DNA of 6,344 bases from Amoebophrya sp. A120 (lineage: Eukaryota; Protista; Dinoflagellata), in contig CAJINV010000006.1 of NCBI GenBank assembly GCA_905178155.1, positions 2,449,956 to 2,456,299 on the forward strand. The letters are read 5' to 3'. Shown here one piece after another: positions 1 through 6,344 of this stretch. Every line of letters begins with the position of its first letter. Positions within the stretch are counted from its first letter, which is position 1. Under the pieces are notes generated by a model. It did no database searches. It was given only the letters and a program-made list of their open reading frames with translations, and had not been told where the DNA came from. The translations under genes and the position numbers were made by a program.

Positions 1-440
1 CGCCATCCTGGTTTGCACGACGCGCGCCATCTCAAAGTCAACCGAAGAGGCAGCTCCCTCCTGCGCCGCTTCTCGGGCGATTCGGTAGGAGAAGCCCTGG
101 CCTGTCGCGGCGATCATCAGAGAAACGACGTATCAAATGCAAAAATGTCTGGGTCTGGAAGAATGCAACTTGTGATGCTATTTTTGGAATCCAAAAAAAT
201 CTGTATTGCATGAGCAACAAGAGGCGTCCAGCTTTTGCTCCGAGGAGAGGGGATTTCTCATGCGGGATAGGCATCAAGATGCCCGCAAAAAATTTGTGAT
301 GCTGGTGCATACATCACAGACATCACGTTCACGGGTCATGCAAAATGTGCATGACAAACCTTGCAATCTTCCAGACCCAGACATTTTTATATTTGATACG
401 ACGACGTGGGAGACAACATCATCCAGCACCGTGTTGAACG
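1..440 (-). CDS. Partial gene of unknown function interrupted by E1 (exon pieces about 440-404 and 130-1, continuing beyond the window)
   Basis: Removing E1 plus one CGACG gives the open minus-strand frame FNTVLDDVVSHVVVSLMIAATGQGFSYRIAREAAQEGAASSVDFEMARVVQTRMA with protein-like composition. Upstream exon structure unresolved (GTGAGT donor at 776-771). Confidence 0.62.
131..398. mobile_element. MITE / introner-like element E1, family A (268 bp)
   Basis: Left end TATCAAATGCAAAAATGTCTGGGTCTGGAAGAATGCAA (131-168) matches the reverse complement of 361-398 at 35/38. Perfect 5-bp flanking direct repeat CGACG (126-130, 399-403). Colinear with E2 and E3 over its full length; no transposase-like ORF. 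Confidence 0.93.
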
Positions 441-481
441 TATCAAGTGCAAATATCCCTGGACGTCTGGAAAGTTGTGAC
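441..481 (+). repeat. Degenerate family A terminal repeat
   Basis: TATCAAGTGCAAATATCCCTGGACGTCTGGAAAGTTGTGAC aligns to the E3 left end at 34/39 with a 2-nt insertion. No clear partner TIR or exact direct repeat found. Confidence 0.7.
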
Positions 482-938
482 GCATGATGTTGTCCTCAGC
501 GAATTATACTAAAGCGCACTGTGATGCAGATGCACCGCCAAGCAAGACACTTCTGCCGCGCTGTTGACTCTGTGTTGCGAATTCCGCGCTCGCATTTTTG
601 ATGTGTGCAACGCGTTATTAAACGTGATCACTTGGAGGCACAACGCGCATCCATTCTGCGCCCGTACTGCCTAAAAACTGAGAAGCTACTGGCTATATCA
701 AGACATCAAAACGGTGGCAAGAAACGACTTCTATACATGTTCCTTCGAGGGTATTTTATGTCGCTGACTCACTCACCAGCGAAGTGGGTGCCTTTGCCTG
801 AGCCGGTGAACAAGAGATCATTGAAGTCCGAACTTTTCCTTTTTCCACAGTCACATTTTTCTTTCGCGATTTTTCTTGTTTTTTGTTTTTGTTCTTTCTA
901 AAATTCGCACTCGTCTTGCGTTTTCCCTTGTTTTCTTC

Positions 939-1448
939 AAATTTGTAATGCGTATTTTGTAGTTAGACTTTCGAGAGCTGTTAGCTGACGGGTCGAAAAA
1001 TATATAACAATATTCTTGCCTACCGTGATGTCTTTAAGCGCAAGGTCTAACTACTATCCTGTTCTTATGGGTCCTGCGTTACAAATCAAATCTGTCATGC
1101 TAAATTGCCGCTCTGCACAGGATTACCATCCTCGCATTACAAATCCACCTTTTAGTTCTAGTTGTAAATCTGTCATGCTGTTTGCGATTTTTTCGTTCAA
1201 AATAAAGTTGTAGTGATGTGACAGATTTCATGAGCAAAACATTTGAAAACGATCAAAACTATCCGTATACGACATATGGCAGAGCTAAACAACAATTTTC
1301 GTGCACGATCGATTTCGTACGAAAGACCGACTTTTTTTCTTTTTTCTCCGAGCCGAATAGGTCAGTTTTCATTTTCATCTACGATTTGCGAAAAGATTAC
1401 ATTTCCGATTTCTTAGCTGCCGGTCTCTGAGATTTGCATTACAGATTT
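939..1448. repeat. Cluster of AAATYTGTVATGC motifs in both orientations
   Basis: Copies at 939-951 (+), about 1076-1086 (-), 1088-1101 (+), 1134-1144 (-), 1166-1179 (+), about 1217-1228 (-) and 1436-1448 (-). The 1088 and 1166 copies are an exact 14-bp repeat. Confidence 0.75.
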
Positions 1449-2405
1449 TGTGTTTTGCTTGTTTAAAATTTCCAAGCGAGTCCACCGATCAACCGAGATT
1501 TACATTTCCTGAAACACAGTCGCCCTGGATACGACGTGATCCAAAAAATCCCTCGGTGTTATGCTTTTGCTTTTGCTATCGCAAAATAGTAACGAACTTC
1601 TTGTCACGTGTTTAATGCCTCCTAGTAGTAATCTGCATTGCATTATCGATATTTAGTACTTAAAATAGAGCCTGTTTCGTCCGAGTGTAGCGATTTGCAG
1701 TAGATTTGTTTTCTTATACTGAAGCACCTTCTTCGGAGAAACGCAGGCGCCTTAGCTCCCATGTCACCCTACTCCAGTGCTATCGAGTATAAACAAGCAT
1801 CTAGCAAGTAATAGTATAAATGCAAAGCGTCTTCTAGTTTTCCCTCTATCTTTTTTCCCCCTCGGTTCGAATTAAATCATACACGGCGTTCTGGTGTTCA
1901 AAGACTATACAGAACATCAAGTCATCAAAAAAGCGGGCCCTCATCTAAAAATCTTTATCTATATCATCAAATTCAAAACGAAAGACTACAACAAATGACG
2001 GAGCAGAAATTAGCAGAGAGAATTATATCGATCGCTCGAAGAGAGCTAGATCTCCTCTCCCTGGATTCCTCCTACCACAATAAATTATACTTACTTAGCC
2101 TAACTAAGTATAAGTAGGACTTCATCTGGCTCTAAAAGGGAGTTAGACGATATATATAGACTTGATACGGAAAGACGGCCTTGCTTGACCGCGCAAACCG
2201 ATCACAAAGAGAGCGGCCTCCTTGTAGCTGCCCGCGCGGTGGATAGGGATAGCCAGTAAAAACAAGCAAGATAGCAGCTGGCACATTCACATGATTAATA
2301 AATATGGAATACAAAGCATCGGCGCCAGACGCAGAAGCTACTACATTCGCTGGCCCTGCCTGTTTCAGCACGCGATGGCCCAACTATTTGAGGAATAGGA
2401 CATGA

Positions 2406-3576
2406 TTACTGAAGTCGGCGCATCTCGTCTGGCACTTCCATGACGACCCCGTCAGCGAGTGCAACACTGTGGAAAGAAAACGAAACCACTTCCAGGCCGT
2501 CTTCTAGCGCCGTCGCACGGTACCGGATATCAAATGTAAAAATGTCTGGGTCTGGAAGAATGCAACTTGTCATGCTGATTTTGGATTCTAAAAAAATCTG
2601 TATTGCATGAGCAGCGAAGAGAGTCCAAGTTTTGCTACACGGAAAAAGCATTTGTCATGCGGTATAGGCATCAGGAAGCCCCCCTCACGAAATCTGTGAT
2701 GCTAGGGCATGCATCACAGACATCATGAGTCATGCAAAATGTGCATGACAAACCTGGCAATCTTCCAGACCCAGACATTTTTACATTTGATACCGGAAGA
2801 CGCAAGTCAACTTGAGCGGTTCGCGAAAGTAAACCCCCAGCTCCACGGATACTATCAACTGCAAAAATGTCTGGGTCTGGAAAGTTGGGACTTGTGATGC
2901 TAACTTTGGACTCTAAAAAAATCTGTATTGCATGACCAGCAAGAGGAGCCACATTAGTGCTGCGCGAGGAGGGCATTTGTCATGCGGAACTGGCATCAGG
3001 AAGCTTTCCANAAAAAAATCTGTATTGCATGACCAGCAAGAGGAGCCACATTAGTGCTGCGCGAGGAGGGCATTTGTCATGCGGAACTGGCATCAGGAAG
3101 CTTTCCAAAAATCTGTGATGCTGGGTCATGCATTACAAGCATCACGGGTCATGCCAGACAAGCATGACAAGCCTTCCATTCTTCCAGACCCAGACATTTT
3201 TGCATTTGATAGATACTTCCCGGACGTCATTTTCGTGGCCCTCCTCTATGGCAGTGCCAGGTTCGAAATCGACAAATTTGAAAATAAGTATCTGTCACCA
3301 GCTGATGAAACAGCTGCAGCAGAGTTTCTAATAAATCAAAATCAACACTGCATGATGATAAATTTTTCCGGCGCCAGAAGCAAATTTGTCATGCTGTTTA
3401 GTGCAAATGGGCTCCCTGCTGCAATTCTAATTCTCGTCAGCAGCCCAGATGTTGCTTGGCGCCTGCTGACATGGCTACTCTGCAAGAACAGGGTCACTCT
3501 TTAAGAACTCGCATTTCATGCGTCACGACAAATTTTTATAGACCTTTGTCAATTTCGGTGCTGGCGCTTTCATATC
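2406..3576 (-). CDS. Reconstructed 3' exons of the RING gene: 3576-3544, 3291-3212, 2847-2793, 2522-2406
   Basis: Removing E4, E3 and E2 (each with one direct-repeat copy) and a GT-AG intron at 3543-3292 gives the uninterrupted frame ...RTRAAE-DMKAPAPKLTK-ILIFKFVDFEPGTAIEEGHENDVREVS-VELGVYFREPLKLTCVFR-YRATALEDGLEVVSFSFHSVALADGVVMEVPDEMRRLQ*. Domain not recognised. Confidence 0.75.
2528..2792. mobile_element. MITE / introner-like element E2, family A (265 bp)
   Basis: Perfect 32-bp TIR TATCAAATGTAAAAATGTCTGGGTCTGGAAGA (2528-2559 / 2761-2792). Direct repeat CCGGA at 2523-2527 and 2793-2797. Confidence 0.95.
2853..3211. mobile_element. MITE / introner-like element E3, family A (359 bp as assembled, 262 bp after collapsing the gap duplication)
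   Basis: TIR 29/30 identical (2853-2882 / 3182-3211). Direct repeat GATAC at 2848-2852 and 3212-3216. Interior colinear with E1 and E2. Confidence 0.93.
2915..3107. other. 96-bp exact duplication on either side of an N (assembly overlap artefact)
   Basis: 2915-3010 is identical to 3012-3107, separated by the single N at 3011. The duplication is absent from E1 and E2. Confidence 0.88.
3292..3543 (-). other. Putative GT-AG intron (252 bp), possibly a decayed element
   Basis: AAG|GTCTAT donor and GACAG|ATA acceptor join exons in frame. Contains in-frame stops and the shared motif (3382-3395, about 3520-3534). Confidence 0.6.
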
Positions 3577-3581
3577 CTCCG

Positions 3582-3906
3582 TATCGTAAGCAAAAATCCC
3601 CCCTCCCCATATCGAAAAGGCACGTCTCAGGAAATTTGTAATGCTCATTTGCGACCTCAAATCATCTCTGTCTTGCAGGACCGAAACTACACAGGCTCCG
3701 CCGCATTCTGCAGGCGGTTTGTGATGCTGTTGGCCCTACAGACTAGGCGTTTGCCATGCTTACCGCCTAGCAGAAAACCTCTCTTTCTACTCAGGCTTAG
3801 TATAGGCCTGCAGTCCTCTCCAGCAAGACAAATCTGATTTCTGTACGCAAATCCAGCATCAGAAACTTCGTTTTGATATGGGGAGGGGGAATTTTTCCTT
3901 TTGATA
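3582..3906. mobile_element. MITE / introner-like element E4, family B (325 bp)
   Basis: TIR 31/36 identical (TATCGTAAGCAAAAATCCCCCCTCCCCATATCGAAA vs reverse complement of 3871-3906). Direct repeat CTCCG at 3577-3581 and 3907-3911. Same TATC...GATA termini as family A but a different inner TIR and interior. Confidence 0.9.
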
Positions 3907-5081
3907 CTCCGCGGCCCTAGTTCTTCTAGGGCGAGAAAACGTGACATCGATCCATCTTACATTCTCGCCTTCACCGCAGACTGGGGGGAGCTTCGTCACG
4001 AAGATTTCGTTTATAGCTTCCTCCTGTCGCATAACGTCCATGTTCCCGATGCTGAAAGACCCCGCAGCCATTGCCCGCTGCCGCTGCAGCGCTGCGTAGT
4101 GCGGGCCCAGCCCCGCACGGGACAGCCGCTGCGCTTTTTCATATTGGCTCACGGCGTTCCAGTTCCTGTCAAAGTCCCTGCCCCGTGGCATCCTCCCAAG
4201 GAAGTTCCATCGGAGGTCCTCGAGCTCTTCACGGAGGCGCGGGGAAATTCCGTTGCCAAGGAGGTCATCTTCCCGCCTGTTGACAAAAAGATCGCGCACA
4301 AACGTAAGAAGAGGGGAGCCTAGGGAGTCTATTCCCCCTGCGGCTTGGGTTGTTCCAGCAGGCTGCATACTGCTGGATGCAATCGCCCCACGAAGGCCGG
4401 CTCGGTGCTGGAATAATTCGAAAGCATCGGCGTCAGAATGGTAGGCCTGCCTGGAGTGCCCCCCGGAATTCGAGTAGACGTTGATAGAAGTAGGCCCAAC
4501 AGCGCTGGCGCCTTCCCAATTTCGGCGCCTTCGCTCCAGCTGCAAACCCAGAAGATCGTCGACGGAGCTGCCGGCGGAGGCGTCGTCGTTTCTGCCGGGA
4601 GTAAAAAAGGCATTCCAAAGGTCCCTCTGGTAGGTCCGCTGCGGTGCTCTTGCCCGCGCGGCCCGAAAGTCGGCTTCGCTCCTGCGACTAACATCGCGCG
4701 CAGTCGCAGCAGCTCTGGAGGAGTTCAGTACAGGTCGTGGGGCCGTGGAAAGAATCGGCATCGGCTTTCCGCGGATCCCGCGCGAGTCGCGGCAAATGGG
4801 GCAACTTCTCTGTGTAGCCAACCACCTGCTGACGCAGTCCCGGTGAAAGATATGCTCTTGCGTGGCCGTCGCGTCCACCTCGTTTTGGTTCTGCGGGTCA
4901 ACGTGCGTGATAAAGACGCTATCCTCCTCCTTCATCGGCTGAAGACAAATCGCGCACGGCTTCTCGCGGTCAAAGTGGTCCTCGTCTCGGGGAAGGTGCT
5001 CCTTGGGCTTGGCGCTGGCACTGCGCCCGCGCCTAGTACGACCTCCACGAGATTCGTGCGACGTTGTACTAGACGCCACGA
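3907..5081 (-). CDS. Main exon of a RING-H2-like zinc finger protein (putative E3 ubiquitin ligase)
   Basis: Long GC-rich open frame containing CAIC...HIFHRDC...WL...CPICR (4956-4792). The ORF-track start at 5079 is GTG and lies just after a TTTTTTCCCGCCCAG splice-acceptor-like site (AG at 5083-5082). The last 15 aa of the track ORF come from element E4. Confidence 0.88.
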
Positions 5082-5477
5082 CTGGGCGGGAAAAAATACT
5101 GGAGCGACTTCAATATCCTCAGCAAAGCCGTCCCCTCCTCATAGTTTTAAGATGGGAAATGTGCGTAGACAAATCTACCAGCTTTGTTTGCTCCGCATGA
5201 CAAGTTTATTGGCCTCGTAGTACAATCCTCGATTTCGCTAGTTCAACAGCATGACAGATCTAGTCTATTATCCTGATCGGAGCTGCGTCACTAATTCCGA
5301 AACACGACTAGAAAACGCTTCTCATGGGGCTCCGTATGAGAAACGCAAACATTTTCATTTATAGATTTAAGCATGCAGATTTGCATGACAACCATGGGGC
5401 GTTTATGTACAACTGGAAGAGACCAAAATAAAGCACATGGCAATTATGGGGTGGGGACGTTTTCACATAGGATAGAC
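5082..5477 (-). other. Putative GT-AG intron (396 bp) between the signal-peptide exon and the RING exon
   Basis: Polypyrimidine-CAG acceptor, lower GC than the exon, motif copies at 5195-5207, 5248-5259 and 5383-5391. Donor tentative. Confidence 0.5.
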
Positions 5478-5568
5478 TTGAGGACGAAGAAGGCGCTGTA
5501 AAGGCACCACGACAAGCGGTCGATCCTACAAGGAGCAAAGAGGCAATCACGCGCCGCGACGCCAACAT
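5478..5568 (-). CDS. Probable first exon of the RING gene, encoding a signal-peptide-like N-terminus
   Basis: ATG at 5568 after an A-rich leader; MLASRRVIASLLLVGSTACRGAFTAPSSSS has basic-hydrophobic-small-residue layout. A phase-1 donor A|GTCTAT at 5477 is compatible with the phase-1 acceptor at 5082. The exact donor is uncertain. Confidence 0.5.
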
Positions 5569-5820
5569 TTTTTTTGTTAATTTTTTTCTTCGCAACAAAA
5601 ACAAATAGAAAGTGCGACGTCGCAGTGCCTTCCTGTTCCTGACAAAAAATAAACTTGAAAAAATATTAAAACGCAGCTAGAAACTGGAGCAAAACAATAC
5701 AGAGCCACGTCTTACGGCTATTAGTATTTGGTGGACGTCGTCGGAGGGCAACGTAGAAGCGCGAGCACTAAGCTATGCCTGTGCAGTTACTTACGTGAAT
5801 TTGAAGATGTAGCCTTCGGC

Positions 5821-5962
5821 TGTAGAAGTTGTCGTGGTTCGCAAATATGAATCAAAGTCGTTTCTACCGTGTAGTTCTTGAGTGCTGCAGTGTAGAAGTT
5901 GTCGTGGTTCGCAAATATGAATCAAAGTCGTTTCTACCGTGTGGTTCTTGAGTGCTGCAGTG
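5821..5962. repeat. 70-bp tandem duplication (2 copies)
   Basis: 5821-5890 and 5891-5960 differ at one base (5873 A, 5943 G); the match continues for 2 more bases. Confidence 0.95.
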
Positions 5963-6344
5963 CACAAGTCAAAACTTAGCGGGGGACTCTTGAGAGACAA
6001 AACAAAAGCTCAGGCTCTTTGAGAAGCGATGAATACAAGCTAAAAAAGCGACGCACTCGATTGGGGGAAAGATATTACGCTCTAGTCTTGTTGGTGTTCT
6101 TGCTTTAGCTTTACTTCTTCGCGGTGCAAAGTAGCTGGAGTGTGATGTTGTTTATTATATATTATTTTCATGCGCAGGTCGGTTTTTTTCTATTTGATTT
6201 TGACTGCGACGCGCTACAGCAAAAATTAAAATCGTGGTCAATGTCGTGCAATTATAGGCTTGATTCTGACATTGTTGCCACCTTGTAGCTTCATGCATAG
6301 TCTACAACATTCACGGAAAGTTTTTTTGCGCTTTGTGTTTATTC

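Noticed and set aside
38-487. ORFs with recurring peptides such as LPDPDIF, FQTQTFLHLI and KMSGSG (also at 2406-3504)
   Set aside because: These are translations of the same TIR in different frames, not a protein repeat family.
605-1430. Short plus-strand ORFs (98, 65 and 70 aa), and the minus-strand ORFs at 2132-2383 and 5791-6000
   Set aside because: Low-complexity or motif-derived translations with no homology cues.
2088-2116. Hairpin TACTTACTTAG-CCTAA-CTAAGTATAAGTA as a terminator
   Set aside because: AT-rich, bulged, no U-tract; compatible with chance.
441-2167. Large element bounded by TATCAAGT (441) and ACTTGATA (2160-2167)
   Set aside because: Only an 8-10 bp match, flanks differ (GAACG versus CGGAA), and there is no transposase ORF inside.
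2915-3107. Internal tandem duplication in E3 as a biological feature
   Set aside because: Exact copies either side of an N and absent from sister elements; typical unmerged contig overlap.
2528-3211. Repeat-spacer layout as a CRISPR array or integron cassettes
   Set aside because: Repeats are inverted pairs with homologous interiors and target duplications, the spacers are exon pieces, and there is no cas or integrase gene.
2304-3504. Plus-strand frame that also stays open across E3 (PEDASQLERF...GYFPDVIF...)
   Set aside because: It is the exact antisense frame of the rebuilt minus-strand gene, has two in-frame stops upstream and runs on into motif-containing intron sequence.
3577-3907. E4 as a canonical GT-AG intron using the GT and AG from the direct repeats
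   Set aside because: It would remove 331 nt, one base too many, and give an immediate stop (GAG ATA TGA); the E3 equivalent also loses one base.
3901-5220. Plus-strand ORFs of 140 aa and 260 aa
   Set aside because: Antisense shadows of the GC-rich RING exon with no recognisable motifs.
5860-5876. TTTCTAC-CGT-GTAG resembling a Cas12a direct-repeat stem
   Set aside because: It is part of a plain tandem duplication with identical intervening sequence, in a eukaryotic context.

Overview
Eukaryotic (protist-like) genomic window holding two minus-strand protein-coding genes that the raw ORF track breaks into fragments. Four MITE-like elements (131-398, 2528-2792, 2853-3211, 3582-3906; two families) each start with TATC, end with GATA, carry 30-38 bp terminal inverted repeats and are flanked by a different perfect 5-bp direct repeat (CGACG, CCGGA, GATAC, CTCCG). 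All four sit inside coding frames. Removing each element plus one direct-repeat copy restores stop-free reading frames, yet no precise-removal register gives GT-AG ends. They therefore look like transposon-derived non-canonical introns (introner-like) or precisely excised DNA. The main rebuilt gene (about 5568 to 2406, about 516 aa) encodes a variant RING-H2 protein with a possible signal peptide. A motif AAATYTGTVATGC marks the elements and the other inferred introns. Also present: an assembly-gap duplication at the N (3011) and a 70-bp tandem duplication (5821-5962). No transposase is seen in the window.
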